Shown here piece after piece: positions 9,478-20,112 of a stretch of DNA of 64,000 bases; positions within the stretch are counted from its first letter, which is position 1; each line of letters starts with the position of its first letter. The DNA is taken from positions 1 through 64,000 of the forward strand of contig DAHVLZ010000011.1 in the NCBI GenBank assembly GCA_027320085.1, given 5' to 3'. Origin of the DNA: Pseudomonadota bacterium (GTDB lineage: Bacteria; Pseudomonadota; Gammaproteobacteria; JAKAQQ01). A program made the position numbers and the translations under genes. Under the pieces are notes generated by a model. The model saw nothing but the letters and a program-made list of their open reading frames with translations. It had not been told where the DNA came from and made no database searches.

Positions 9478-10641
9478 TTACGGGGGATCACGCCGCAGTG
9501 CTGGCAACTGCTCACGCCCGATGCGCTCGGTCGGGTCGAACACACCCTTGTGGTGAAAATAAACGATGCTCGCGGCTGAACGCATGAGACGCGTCCCAAG
9601 CAGCCAATTGAAGGCGAGATCGCTCTGGAAATGGTCGAATGAAAACCGCAGCATGCGCTTCATGCGGAACTTCGGATACGAGCGCACAAACCAGCCGCTG
9701 GGATCCTCAGCCCGGCCATATAGGAAATCCGCCACCGCATTGCCTGCTGAAAGCCCATGCTTCAGCGCGGTGTGAATTCCGCCCGCGGTGAGGGGCGACA
9801 CGATGCCAGCGGCATCGCCCACGAGTAATGCCCGCGATACGGCGGCCGGGGTGACCACTCCACTACATGGAATGAGGCCCGCGCGTACGCCCGTTGGTTT
9901 GATCCCGCATAAATCGATGACAGGCACGATTTTCGCAAGAAACGCATCCATTGCCACATCCGGTTTGAAGGCTTCAGATCCATGCACCCTTCGTGCAATC
10001 CCGGCCTGCACACAATCAACCCCAGCCAGCACCCACCCGATATAGCCGGGTGCGAGTCGGCGATCGATGAAGCAATGCAGCTTGTCTGGTACCGCAAGCG
10101 CTTCGCCAGCGTATTCATATTCGATGCCGGCCAGGAATTTCTCGCTCGCCCCGAGATGCAGCACACTCGCGACCCGCGAGCGCGGGCCATCCGCGCCGAT
10201 CAGGAACCGGGTGATACCAAAGCCGTCCACTTCAAAGCCGCTTTGCAGGCGCTTGGCGCCAGTAAATGTCTTGCCATAGGTGATCGTGGCGCCCGAACGT
10301 TCGGCCTCGCCCGCGAGCCAGCGCATAACAGACGGCGTGTCGGTCGCCAAGAAATAATAACCCGGCGCTTCGAGATCCACGTAACGCAGGTTCGGAGCAT
10401 ACAGGCGCACACCGGGAATACGGCGCACGAATGACGTTGGCAGGGTATCGAGCAGAGCGATCTGGTCGATCGCATCCTTAACGATGATGCCAGTGGTGTG
10501 GAGCTTTGCGCCGGGATCGGACTTTTTTTCAAGCACAGTCACGCGCAACCCGGCGCGTGACAGAGCTATGGCGCTTGCAAGGCCGGCGAAACTCGCACCG
10601 ACCACCATGCAATCGGTGTCGCCCTGCCAATTATTAGCCAT
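9478..10641 (-). CDS. NAD(P)/FAD-dependent oxidoreductase, geranylgeranyl-reductase family
   Basis: VVGASFAG Rossmann motif, LIGADG, LVGDAAGIVSPLTAGGI. Confidence 0.85.
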   Translation of the reverse strand: MANNWQGDTDCMVVGASFAGLASAIALSRAGLRVTVLEKKSDPGAKLHTTGIIVKDAIDQIALLDTLPTSFVRRIPGVRLYAPNLRYVDLEAPGYYFLATDTPSVMRWLAGEAERSGATITYGKTFTGAKRLQSGFEVDGFGITRFLIGADGPRSRVASVLHLGASEKFLAGIEYEYAGEALAVPDKLHCFIDRRLAPGYIGWVLAGVDCVQAGIARRVHGSEAFKPDVAMDAFLAKIVPVIDLCGIKPTGVRAGLIPCSGVVTPAAVSRALLVGDAAGIVSPLTAGGIHTALKHGLSAGNAVADFLYGRAEDPSGWFVRSYPKFRMKRMLRFSFDHFQSDLAFNWLLGTRLMRSAASIVYFHHKGVFDPTERIGREQLPALRRDPP

Positions 10642-11045
10642 GCAGCACTCCCTTTAATTCGGCCTGCAGTTGGGATCATTGTTGGCGCGGTGGGTATTTT
10701 AGCCCCGATTGCAGTTCGGACAAATCAGAACCAGGACTTTCCCATGACAGAATATTCAAATTTCCGGGGCAGGCCAACACCCTGGGAAACATCCGTATTT
10801 TCAGGGTGTATAGGTTGACCTTCATGGTTTATAAAGGCTCTAAGATTTCCTGGTGGGTCATTGCCCGCGTTCGTCAGCCACCCGGGTCTCATGTGCCATC
10901 GGGAGATGGCGCACCTTCATTCCCATATCGCCTTTATCCTGGCCTGCACGCAGAGCCCGGCGGGAATGGGGGTCGGTCGCGCATGCCCACTTCGACAATG
11001 GCACCCATCCGATAAGCTGACCCCCGTCTCCCGGGGCAGGTGCGC

Positions 11046-11075
11046 CCTCCGGGCCCAACCGTCCGGGCCCGGAGG
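11046..11075 (-). terminator. GC-rich hairpin downstream of rne (no U-tract)
   Basis: CCTCCGGGCCC-N8-GGGCCCGGAGG, 13 nt past the rne stop. Confidence 0.5.
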
Positions 11076-11088
11076 ATCTGGACGGCGA

Positions 11089-13512
11089 TCAGGGGGTCTC
11101 CTCGGAAGCCTTCACTGCCTTCTCGACCGGGGTCCTCTCTGGCACATCGACGGGCTGGGCGGGAGGCGGCATCCGATTGGACTCAAAGAGCTCGCGCAGC
11201 GGCACAGGCTCGCGAGGCTTGAGATCAACCGGACGCGACTCGGACGATGCAGGTGAACGGGTCTCGACCTGCATCAGTTCCGGAGACTCGCGCCGCGGAT
11301 GAGGTGCCCGCACGGGCGTCTGGGGTGGTTGGATCGGTGCTGCCTGAGCCGGACCCGACTCGCGCTGAACTTCCTCCCTCCGGACGGTCTGGACTTCGGG
11401 TGGACGGGTTTCAGACTGTCGAGGGGTCTCCTCGGGGCTCACGCCATGGGTACTGTTTTCCGGCCCTGACCGTAGATCAGAGGGGGAAGGCGCGGTCGGG
11501 CGGTTCTCGTTTCCGAAGCGCGAATCACGCCTCCGGTAACGCCCACCGCGATGACCCCGCCGACTGTGATGCGTTCCTTCGGACCGACCCGCCCCCTCAA
11601 CTGGGGCCCCCTCTCCCTCCACTGGCCGGGTGGGCACCGGGGCACCCCCACCTGATCGTCTTTCATTCCGGCCCGGGTTACGCGCATCGGGACGGTTGGG
11701 CAGGCGGGCGGGACGAGATCCGGATGAGGGCATCCGGCGGGGCCGGTTGTTTACACCCCGGCCTGCCGTGACGGACGGTGGCATCGGCGCGCGGCGTGGC
11801 GGCGGCTGGGACGCTGCGACCGTCGGGGCCGGCGCAAAGATCTTGGACCACAAGCGTTTGAGGAATCCCGGCCGGGCCTTTTGTGAGGACCGGCTTCCTC
11901 CGGGGGTCATGGCGACCCGCTTGAGCGGCTTGACCGCCGGTTCGTTGATCCTGGTTTGAACCGTCTGGGTCACCTGTTGGACCAGGTTCTCTTCCGGATC
12001 GGGAGCGAGGCCCGCATCCAGCGATTCAGCATCGGCCAGACTGCCCGACCCCTGGTTTTCTCCCGCCCGTCGCCGTTCGATCCGGAAATCCGGGGTCTCG
12101 AGCCGGCTGGTGGGAATCAGCACGACGCTGCTTCGCGAGCGCTGTTCGATGGACGTGAGTGCAGCCCGTTTTTCATTGAGGAGATAGGTGGCCACGCTGA
12201 CCGGGACCTGGGCCAGAACCCGCTGGGTCCCGTCCTTCATGGCGTCCTCCTCGACAAGACGCAGGACCAGAAGCGAAAGCGATTCGACGGTCCGGATCTT
12301 CCCACTGCCCTTGCAGCGGGGACAACTGATCTGGGTCGTCTCCTCGAGGGAGGCCCGAAGCCTCTGGCGCGACATCTCGAGGAGCCCGAAGCGGGAAATT
12401 TTACCGATCTGGACCCGTGCCCGGTCGATCGCCAAGGCGTCCCGCAGCCGATTCTCCACATCCCGGCGATGCCGTTCCTGTTCCATGTCGATGAAATCGA
12501 TCACGATCAAGCCACCCAGGTCACGGATCCGCAACTGGCGGGCGATCTCGTCTCCGGCCTCGAGATTGGTCGTGAGTGCCGTCTCCTCGATATCCCCGCC
12601 ACGGGTGGCACGGGCCGAGTTGACATCAATCGAGATCAAGGCTTCGGTCCGGTCGAAGACCAGGCGTCCCCCTGAAGGCAGTTGGACCTCCCGCTCGAAG
12701 GCCTGGGCAATCTGGCTCTCAATCTGGAAACGGGTAAAGAGCGGGGTGGGATCCTGATAGAGGTGCAGGCGCTCCAGGTACTGGGGCATCACCTGTTCGG
12801 CAAAGGCCCGGGCCCCCTCGAACATGCGGGAATCATCAATCAAGATCTCGCCGATATCGGTCTTCAGGTGATCCCGGAGCCCGCGGACCACGATATTGTC
12901 TTCCTGATAGATCAGGAAGGGCGCCTTCCGGACTTCGGCCGCCTTCTGGATGGCTCCCCAGAGCTGGACCAGATAATCGAGATCCCACTGGACCTCCTCT
13001 GCACTCCGGCCCAGGGCCGCGGTCCTGAGGATCACGCCCATCTGGTCCGGGACCCGGATCTCCGACAGGATCTGCCGGGCTTCCTGGCGTTCCTCCCCGT
13101 CGATTTTGCGGGAGACACCGGCCGCTTTCGGGTTGTCCGGCATGAGGACCATGAAGCGTCCGGCGAGGCTCAGGTAGGTCGTGAGCGCAGCCCCCTTGTT
13201 GCCGCGTTCCTCCTTTTCCACCTGGACAATGAGTTCGAGTCCTTCCGGAAGCCGTTCGCGGAGACTGTCACCGGGCTGGAAATAGTGGGGATGGATCTCC
13301 TTGGTGGGCAGGAAGCCGTTCCGCTCACCACCGTAATCCACAAAGACGGCATCGAGGCTGGGCTCGACGCGGTTGATCTTGGCTTTGTAGATGTTGGCTT
13401 TCTTTTGTTCGCGGGACGGGATTTCGATATCGAGATCGACGAGCTTCTGGCCGTCGACGATCGCCACCCGAAGCTCTTCCGGCTGGGTGGCATTGATTAA
13501 CATGCGTTTCAT
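11089..13512 (-). CDS. rne: Ribonuclease E
   Basis: [18 protein letters not shown]-terminus, S1 domain, IDVNSA, CPRC Zn-link, amphipathic [11 protein letters not shown], disordered tail. Confidence 0.97.
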   Translation of the reverse strand: MKRMLINATQPEELRVAIVDGQKLVDLDIEIPSREQKKANIYKAKINRVEPSLDAVFVDYGGERNGFLPTKEIHPHYFQPGDSLRERLPEGLELIVQVEKEERGNKGAALTTYLSLAGRFMVLMPDNPKAAGVSRKIDGEERQEARQILSEIRVPDQMGVILRTAALGRSAEEVQWDLDYLVQLWGAIQKAAEVRKAPFLIYQEDNIVVRGLRDHLKTDIGEILIDDSRMFEGARAFAEQVMPQYLERLHLYQDPTPLFTRFQIESQIAQAFEREVQLPSGGRLVFDRTEALISIDVNSARATRGGDIEETALTTNLEAGDEIARQLRIRDLGGLIVIDFIDMEQERHRRDVENRLRDALAIDRARVQIGKISRFGLLEMSRQRLRASLEETTQISCPRCKGSGKIRTVESLSLLVLRLVEEDAMKDGTQRVLAQVPVSVATYLLNEKRAALTSIEQRSRSSVVLIPTSRLETPDFRIERRRAGENQGSGSLADAESLDAGLAPDPEENLVQQVTQTVQTRINEPAVKPLKRVAMTPGGSRSSQKARPGFLKRLWSKIFAPAPTVAASQPPPRRAPMPPSVTAGRGVNNRPRRMPSSGSRPARLPNRPDARNPGRNERRSGGGAPVPTRPVEGEGAPVEGAGRSEGTHHSRRGHRGGRYRRRDSRFGNENRPTAPSPSDLRSGPENSTHGVSPEETPRQSETRPPEVQTVRREEVQRESGPAQAAPIQPPQTPVRAPHPRRESPELMQVETRSPASSESRPVDLKPREPVPLRELFESNRMPPPAQPVDVPERTPVEKAVKASEETP

Positions 13513-13863
13513 CGATGGATACTCTCAATGCTGCTCCGAAGCGCCGCACTGGAGATCATGCTGTTCTGACAGGCAAGGTCCGGCCTCATATCGCCGGAGA
13601 GAGTGCCACAGACGTGGCCAGACCAAAATCTGCCTAGTCAGCGCTACATCACCATGCAGAACATGGGAGCGCCATGGGTTTGTGGCCCCGCATCCCCCTT
13701 CGGGGTTCCGGAACCGGAAAACGTACGCCACCTTCAGGGTTGCGTGTCACAGCGGACCTGACAAGAGGTGCCCGCTTGGGCGGGGGTCGACCTTTTGTCA
13801 CGCGTCTATTATCGTCAAAAGGCCATCAAAACTCAATATCATTTTTAACACTATAATATTCCG
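13513..13863. promoter_or_regulatory. rne/rluC divergent promoter region and probable long rne 5' UTR
   Basis: 350-bp noncoding gap with TATAAT at 13852-13857; long rne leaders are established in proteobacteria. Confidence 0.55.
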
Positions 13864-14832
13864 ATGAATTCCCCCCCCCTGAAGGATCCCGAATCCCGGT
13901 CCCCAAAACATCTCACGGTTTCGGAGGGGCAGGCCGGCCAGCGTCTCGACAACTGGCTCTTCCGTGAACTCAAGTCAATCCCCAAAAGCCACATTTACCG
14001 GCTGATCCGGACGGGACAGGTCCGGGTCCGCGGCGGGCGTTGCCGGCCGAGCTACCGGGTGCAGAAGGGGGACGAGATCCGGATCCCGCCCCAGACGGCC
14101 CCCAACCTCCGCATGCCGCGAAAAAGCGCACATGCGCCTCCCGATTTCCTGCTCCAGCCGCTCTACGAGGATGCCGATCTCCTCATCGTGAACAAACCGG
14201 CCGGTCTGGCCGTTCATGGCGGCAGCCGAATTTCAAGCGGACTGATCGAGCGGCTGCGCGACAGCCATCCGGAAGGGCAGTTCCTCGAACTGGCCCATCG
14301 CCTGGACCGGGGTACGAGCGGCTGCCTCATCCTGGCCCGGAGCCGGACCATGCTCCTCGCGCTCCACCGGGCGCTGCGTAACCGGGAAATCACGAAAAGC
14401 TACCTGGGCCTGCTCGCCGGCTCCCCCGCCTGGAAAACCCGAAGCCTGGATCAGGCAGTCGCGAAAGACCGCTCCACTCCGGGGACGGAAGCGGGCAAGG
14501 AGGCCCGCAGCCACTTCCGGATCGTCCGGCTGTGGCCCACCTGCGCCCTCGCCGAGATTGCGATCGAAACCGGCCGCACCCACCAGATCCGCATCCATGC
14601 CGCATCACTCGGACATCCCGTCGCCGGTGATCCGCGCTACGGTGATTCGGCATTCAACCGCCGCCTGAAGTCGCTCTATGGCTTAAACGGTCTTTTCCTC
14701 CATGCCCGCTCGGTGCGCCTGCTCCATCCGAAGACGCACGAGACCCTCTTCATCCAGGCCCCCCTGCCCGAGGAACATGAGACAGTCCTGGCCAGGCTCG
14801 ATGCCCAGCCGGATTCTCAGGGCACGGGGTAG
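13864..14832 (+). CDS. rluC: 23S rRNA pseudouridine synthase RluC
   Basis: S4 domain (QRLDNWL), NKPAGLAVHGG, HRLDRGTSG, TGRTHQIR; divergent from rne. Confidence 0.93.
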   Translation: MNSPPLKDPESRSPKHLTVSEGQAGQRLDNWLFRELKSIPKSHIYRLIRTGQVRVRGGRCRPSYRVQKGDEIRIPPQTAPNLRMPRKSAHAPPDFLLQPLYEDADLLIVNKPAGLAVHGGSRISSGLIERLRDSHPEGQFLELAHRLDRGTSGCLILARSRTMLLALHRALRNREITKSYLGLLAGSPAWKTRSLDQAVAKDRSTPGTEAGKEARSHFRIVRLWPTCALAEIAIETGRTHQIRIHAASLGHPVAGDPRYGDSAFNRRLKSLYGLNGLFLHARSVRLLHPKTHETLFIQAPLPEEHETVLARLDAQPDSQGTG

Positions 14833-15434
14833 CCGGCCTGCCTCAGGAAGTGGGCCAGGCGGATCAGGGGGAGCCCGACCAGGGCCGAGGGATCCCGGGT
14901 GGCGAGCCTGTCCCACAAGGCGGGACCCAGGGATTCCGCCCGGAAGCTCGCGGCACAACTCCAGGGCTGATCGGCTTCGAGATAACGGTCGATTTCCTCC
15001 GCCGAAAGTCTGCGCATCCAGACCCGGGTATGGTCGACCGTCGTGTATTCCGATCCGCTTCGGGTATCCAGGAGCGCGAGCCCGGTCCAGAAATGGATGC
15101 TACGCCCGGACGCCCACTCGAGATCGGCCCTCGCCCGCTCCGGTGTCCCGGGTTTGTGGAGGAGCCGGCCCCCGCACTCCGCCACCTGGTCGGATCCGAT
15201 GATGAGATGCGAGGGGTAGGCGGTCCTGACCGATCCGGCCTTGATGCGGGACAGACGGAGAGCCCGTTCCCGGCCGCTCTCGCCCGCGATCAGGGACTCC
15301 CCGCCGACCGGATCACACACCCGGAATCCGTCGATCAGGCGACCCAGCAATTCGCGGCGGTTTGCGGAACTCGACGCGAGCACCACCTCGGGTCTGCCCA
15401 CCACAGGCCGGAGACGGGACGGGTCTCGACTCAT
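14817..15434 (-). CDS. maf: Maf family nucleotide pyrophosphatase (YceF-like)
   Basis: VLASSSANRRELL, IIGSDQV, KPGT, LVGLPL; start reassigned to the ATG at 15434. Confidence 0.9.
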   Translation of the reverse strand: MSRDPSRLRPVVGRPEVVLASSSANRRELLGRLIDGFRVCDPVGGESLIAGESGRERALRLSRIKAGSVRTAYPSHLIIGSDQVAECGGRLLHKPGTPERARADLEWASGRSIHFWTGLALLDTRSGSEYTTVDHTRVWMRRLSAEEIDRYLEADQPWSCAASFRAESLGPALWDRLATRDPSALVGLPLIRLAHFLRQAGYPVP

Positions 15435-15590
15435 GAAGCGCCCTCCGGGGCCGTATCCTAGACGTTCGGGGCGCCCGCCGCAAATCCGGGCACGAGGGCT
15501 CCCACCGGGGGAGGCCGAAACGTTTAGAATAAAGGGGTCCCCGCAATCCGCATCCGATCGGGCCCGGGGCCCACCCGTCAGGAGTTTTCC

Positions 15591-15791
15591 ATGGCCGTGC
15601 AGAAAGACCGCAAAACCCGTTCCCGGCGAGACATGCGCCGCTCCCACGATGCCCTGACGCCCACGACGCTCGCAACGGATTCAACGACCGGTGACCGTCA
15701 CCGCCGACATCACGTGAGCGCCGAGGGCTTCTACCGGGGACGCCGCCTGTTCACCCCCAAGGCACCCAAAACATCCGAACCGGAAAGTTGA
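15591..15791 (+). CDS. rpmF: 50S ribosomal protein L32
   Basis: [22 protein letters not shown]...GFYRGR; AGGAG RBS. Confidence 0.97.
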   Translation: MAVQKDRKTRSRRDMRRSHDALTPTTLATDSTTGDRHRRHHVSAEGFYRGRRLFTPKAPKTSEPES

Positions 15792-15822
15792 GCCCCCAAG
15801 CGAAGACCCGGAGCTGACCGGC

Positions 15823-16860
15823 TTGGATCACTCCACGGTTCTGGCACTGGATGCCATGGGCGGGGATGGAGGACCCGCGGTCGTGGTCGATGCCGCCTTG
15901 GCCGAGCTCGAACGGGAACCCAGACTCGAGCTCATCCTGGTGGGTACCCCAGGGCCGCTTCAAAAGCTCGTGAGCGAGCGGACAGGCGGAGCCCCCCCGC
16001 CCCGTCTCCATCTCCAGGAAGCCACCGAAGTCATTGCCATGGATGACAATCCCATCCTGGCCCTCCGTCAAAAGAAACACGCCTCGATGCGGGTCGCGAT
16101 CGACCTGGTTCACACGCAGGCAGCCCAGGCCTGTGTCAGTGCCGGCAATACCGGGGCGCTCATGGTGATTGCCAAGATGGTGCTCAAGATGCTGCCCGGC
16201 CTGGACCGTCCGGCGATCTGTGCACCGATCCCCACCCGCAATGGACACACCCTCATGCTGGATCTCGGTGCCAACGCCCTCTGCACCGCGAACCAGCTCG
16301 TGGATTTCGCCGTGATGGGTTCGGCCCTGGCCCAGGCTGTCTACGGGATTTCGCAGCCCACCCTCGGCCTTCTCAACATCGGCACCGAGGAGATCAAGGG
16401 ACACGGAACCATCCGCGAGGCCCACGAACGGCTGAGCAGGAGCGGCCTCAATTACCGGGGCTTCATCGAGGGCAACGACATCAACCGGGGACGGGTGGAT
16501 GTCATCGTCTCCGACGGCTTTGCCGGCAACGTGGCGCTCAAGACCATGGAAGGGACGGCCCATCTCATCAATGATTTCGTCCGCGAGGAGTTTTCACGGA
16601 CTCTCCTGTCCCGGCTTTCGGGACTGGTCGCCTGGCCCATCATCCGATCTCTCAGGCAGCGACTCGATCCCCGCCTCTACAACGGGGCAAGCTTCCTCGG
16701 GGTCAACGGCATCGTGGTCAAAAGTCACGGCAATGCCGATGCCGTGGCCTTCCGCCACGCCATCCGAAGGGCCACTTCCGAGGTCCAGAACGAACTCCTC
16801 ACAAAAATTCTCCGTCTCCAGCGCATCGTCCTGCCCGCAGTCGAGGAAGCCTCCCGGTGA
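15823..16860 (+). CDS. plsX: Phosphate acyltransferase PlsX
   Basis: ALDAMGGD, SAGNTGA, LDLGAN, NIGTEEIKG, KSHG. Confidence 0.96.
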   Translation: MDHSTVLALDAMGGDGGPAVVVDAALAELEREPRLELILVGTPGPLQKLVSERTGGAPPPRLHLQEATEVIAMDDNPILALRQKKHASMRVAIDLVHTQAAQACVSAGNTGALMVIAKMVLKMLPGLDRPAICAPIPTRNGHTLMLDLGANALCTANQLVDFAVMGSALAQAVYGISQPTLGLLNIGTEEIKGHGTIREAHERLSRSGLNYRGFIEGNDINRGRVDVIVSDGFAGNVALKTMEGTAHLINDFVREEFSRTLLSRLSGLVAWPIIRSLRQRLDPRLYNGASFLGVNGIVVKSHGNADAVAFRHAIRRATSEVQNELLTKILRLQRIVLPAVEEASR

Positions 16861-17831
16861 CGCCCACCCACGCCCGCATCCTCTCCACCGGCCATTACGT
16901 TCCCGAACGGGTGCTCACCAACCAGGACTTCGAACGCATGGTGACCACCTCCGACGAATGGATCCGGGACCGGACCGGGATCGAGCGCCGCCACATCGTC
17001 TCGCCCGGGGAGACCAACCTGGATTTGTGCGAACAGGCGGCCCGTTCGGCGCTTGCCGCGGCCGGTCTCGGGGCCTCCGACCTCGACCTCATTCTGGTCG
17101 CCACGACCACACCGAACCAGGTCTTTCCCAACATGGGCGTCCTGCTCCAGGAACGACTCGGGGGCCATGGCTATCCCTGTACCAGTCTCGAAGCCGCCTG
17201 CGCCGGTTTCATCTATGGTCTGGCCCTGGCCAACAGCCTGATCCAGACGGGCCAGGCCCACCGGGCCCTCGTCGTCGGAGGTGAGACCCTCTCCCGGATC
17301 ACGGATTACACGGACCGATCAACCTGCATCCTGTTCGGGGACGGTGCCGGCGCCGTCATCCTCGAAGCCGCGCCCGAACCGGGCATCCTGGCGACCCACA
17401 TCCATGCCGACGGGATTTACAAGGATCTCCTCTATTACCCCTCGGGGATTTCGCAGGGATTCGACCGGCTGCGCGAATCCACGGATTTCATCCGGATGAA
17501 AGGCAACGAAGTTTTCCGGGTGGCCGTGAACACCCTGTCCCAGCTCGCCCTGGAGACCCTGGAGAAGGCCGGTGTCGGATGCGCGGATCTCTCCTGGTTT
17601 GTGCCCCACCAGGCCAACCTGCGCATCATCCAGGCCATCGCCCGCAAGCTCGAACTCCCCCTGGAGCGGGTTGTGCTCACGATTGCCGAACACGGCAATA
17701 CCTCGACGGCCTCGATTCCGATGGCACTCGACGTAGCCGTCCGGGACGGACGCATCCAGCGGGGCCAGCTTCTCCTCTTCGAAGCCTTCGGCGGCGGTTT
17801 CACCTGGGGTTCGGCACTCGTCCGCTACTGA
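16857..17831 (+). CDS. fabH: Beta-ketoacyl-ACP synthase III
   Basis: AACAGF, PHQANLRII, GNTSTAS, FGGGFTWG. Confidence 0.97.
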   Translation: MTPTHARILSTGHYVPERVLTNQDFERMVTTSDEWIRDRTGIERRHIVSPGETNLDLCEQAARSALAAAGLGASDLDLILVATTTPNQVFPNMGVLLQERLGGHGYPCTSLEAACAGFIYGLALANSLIQTGQAHRALVVGGETLSRITDYTDRSTCILFGDGAGAVILEAAPEPGILATHIHADGIYKDLLYYPSGISQGFDRLRESTDFIRMKGNEVFRVAVNTLSQLALETLEKAGVGCADLSWFVPHQANLRIIQAIARKLELPLERVVLTIAEHGNTSTASIPMALDVAVRDGRIQRGQLLLFEAFGGGFTWGSALVRY

Positions 17832-18610
17832 AGGAGCCGAGGGTCGAGTTCGCGGAGCCCGTCCGGACCCAGTTCACGGATCCCTCCGGCCCGGAGGTTG
17901 CGCGGCAGGGCAAAGGGGCCGTATCGAACCCGGATCAGCCGGTTGACCCTGTGGCCCTGGCTTTCAAACAGTCGGCGGACCAGCCGGTTTCGTCCCTCAT
18001 GGACGGTCACCCGGTACCAGTGGTTCACGCCCTCGCCGCCCAGCGCCTCGAGTTCATCAAAAGACGCCCGTCCATCCTCGAGCTCCACGCCCCGGCGGAG
18101 GGCCGATTCGGAGACCGTGGCCAGCCGACCCCGGATCCGGGCCCGGTATTCGCGGATCCAGCCCCCTGAGGGATGCATGAGGCGCCGTGCCAGATCGCCA
18201 TGGGTGGTGAAGAGCAGCAGGCCTTCGCTCTGGTAATCGAGGCGGCCTACGGCAATCCATCGTCCCTGCCGCAACCGCGGCAGATGCTCGAATACGGTGG
18301 GTCGCCCCTCCGGATCCTTGCGCGTCGTGAGTTCCCCCACCGGCTTGTGATAGAGGAGGATCCGGAGCGGGATGCCGACGGCGGGCGGGGTCGCGAGCGG
18401 TCGACCGTCGAGAAAGAGGGGGTCTCCCGGGTTGATCCGTGCCCCGAGCGTGAGCGCCACGCCCCCGAGCGTCAGCCGACCCGCCCGAATCCACCCCTCG
18501 ATTTCCCGGCGCGAACCCACACCCAGGTGGGCCAGGTATTTCTGGATGCGGATCGGGCCGGAGGGTGATCCGGCGTCAGTCGCGAGACGGCTTCTCCGTT
18601 CCGGCATCAA
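17825..18610 (-). CDS. rluB: Pseudouridine synthase RluB family
   Basis: S4 domain, VGRLDYQSEGLLLFT, EGRNRLVRR; follows scpB. Confidence 0.88.
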   Translation of the reverse strand: MMPERRSRLATDAGSPSGPIRIQKYLAHLGVGSRREIEGWIRAGRLTLGGVALTLGARINPGDPLFLDGRPLATPPAVGIPLRILLYHKPVGELTTRKDPEGRPTVFEHLPRLRQGRWIAVGRLDYQSEGLLLFTTHGDLARRLMHPSGGWIREYRARIRGRLATVSESALRRGVELEDGRASFDELEALGGEGVNHWYRVTVHEGRNRLVRRLFESQGHRVNRLIRVRYGPFALPRNLRAGGIRELGPDGLRELDPRLLQ

Positions 18611-19238
18611 GCTCTCCTTCCGGATCCGGCAGCCCTAAAAGAGGGGCCTCTGCCAACTGATCGGGCGGAGTGGCGAGGTCAAACTCGGGGGTCGGCTCGA
18701 TCAGGTCGGCAAGCTTTTCGAGCGGCGGCAGATCCGAGAGGCTCGACAGTCCGAAGTAGTCGAGGAATTCGCGGGTGGTCGCGTAGAGCGCCGGACGGCC
18801 GGGCACCTCGCGATGTCCCACCACCTGGATCCAATTGCGCTCCTCGAGGATCCGCAAGGTCGAACCGGCCACGGAGATCCCCCGCAACTCCTCGATTTCG
18901 CCGCGTGTCACCGGCTGCCGGTAGGCGATGATGGCCAGCGTTTCGAGGAGCGCCCGCGAATAGCGCGGCGGTTTGGGTTCCCACAAGGCCGAGAGGGCCT
19001 GGACGAAAGCCGACCGGATCTCGAGGCGCAGCCCGCCGGCCACCCGCTTGAGCCCGAGCCCCCGGTTTTCGTAGAGTCCTTCCAAAGCCTCGATCCACCG
19101 GCCGAGTTCGGCCGCGCTGACCGGCCGGCCCAAGGCTCCACCGAGCAGCATCTGCAAATGCGCCTCATCGAGCGGGTGAGCCGCCGCGAGGAGAGCGGCC
19201 TCGAGCAAGGCCGTCGGTTCCAAGGCACACTCATTCAT
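18576..19238 (-). CDS. scpB: SMC-Scp complex subunit ScpB
   Basis: YSRALLETLAIIAYRQPVTRGEIE, PGRPALYATT; start set at ATG 19238. Confidence 0.95.
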   Translation of the reverse strand: MNECALEPTALLEAALLAAAHPLDEAHLQMLLGGALGRPVSAAELGRWIEALEGLYENRGLGLKRVAGGLRLEIRSAFVQALSALWEPKPPRYSRALLETLAIIAYRQPVTRGEIEELRGISVAGSTLRILEERNWIQVVGHREVPGRPALYATTREFLDYFGLSSLSDLPPLEKLADLIEPTPEFDLATPPDQLAEAPLLGLPDPEGELDAGTEKPSRD

Positions 19239-20112
19239 GATCGGTCTCCTGGACGGGGGCCGCCTCCTCCACCGACGAGGCGGGTGCCTGGACATAGAGG
19301 GGGCCGTAGGGCGTCGCCTGGACCAGGTTCACGAGCGACTGGCGGACCAGCTCGAGCAATGCGAGAAAACTCACGACCGCCCGGGCCCGGTTCGAACCCC
19401 GGGGCAGCAGTTTCTCAAAGCGTTGGTAGCCGCGGCTCCGGGACAGCCGCTCGAGCAGGCCGGCCATGCACTCGCGCACCGAGAGCGCATCCTTGACCAC
19501 GCGATGCCGGATCCGCCAGCGCGTGCGGTCGAGCAGGCGCGCCATCTGCCGCAACCAGTCCTCGAGCGCCACCTGGGGCGGTTCCGGCAGGAAATGCCGG
19601 TCCGCCTCCGGGACCACCACGAGGGCCTGCCACACGTCCCGTTCGAGCCGGGGCAAGGCATCCAGCCGTTCGGCCGCCCGGCGGATGACCTCGTACTCCT
19701 GGAGACGCTGGACCAGGGCGGCCCGTGCATCCTCCGGTTCTTCCCCGGTTTCGTCGACCGGTCGCGGAATCAGCATGCGAGCCTTGAGATTGGCCAGGTA
19801 GGCCACCATGTACAGATACTCGCCGGCGAGTTCCAGCTGCATCTGCTGCATCATGCCGATGTAGTGGAGATACTGTTCGGTGACCTGGGTCACCGGAATG
19901 TTGAGCACATCCAGGTTCTGACGACGGATCAGGTGCCAGAGGAGATCGAGCGGCCCCTCGAAGGATTCCAGAAGGAGGCGAAGCGCATCTGGTGGAATGT
20001 AGAGACCCTCGGGGTAGGTCAACCAGGGTTCGCCGTTGACCGTGGCGAGCGGCAACTCGGGCTGGCGGACCGCCACCCCCTCCCGCGGGGTTCCGGCCGG
20101 CGATCCGGTCAT
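19231..20112 (-). CDS. scpA: Segregation/condensation protein ScpA (kleisin)
   Basis: FEGPLDLLWHLIR, LELAGEYL, FLALLEL. Confidence 0.95.
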   Translation of the reverse strand: MTGSPAGTPREGVAVRQPELPLATVNGEPWLTYPEGLYIPPDALRLLLESFEGPLDLLWHLIRRQNLDVLNIPVTQVTEQYLHYIGMMQQMQLELAGEYLYMVAYLANLKARMLIPRPVDETGEEPEDARAALVQRLQEYEVIRRAAERLDALPRLERDVWQALVVVPEADRHFLPEPPQVALEDWLRQMARLLDRTRWRIRHRVVKDALSVRECMAGLLERLSRSRGYQRFEKLLPRGSNRARAVVSFLALLELVRQSLVNLVQATPYGPLYVQAPASSVEEAAPVQETDHE

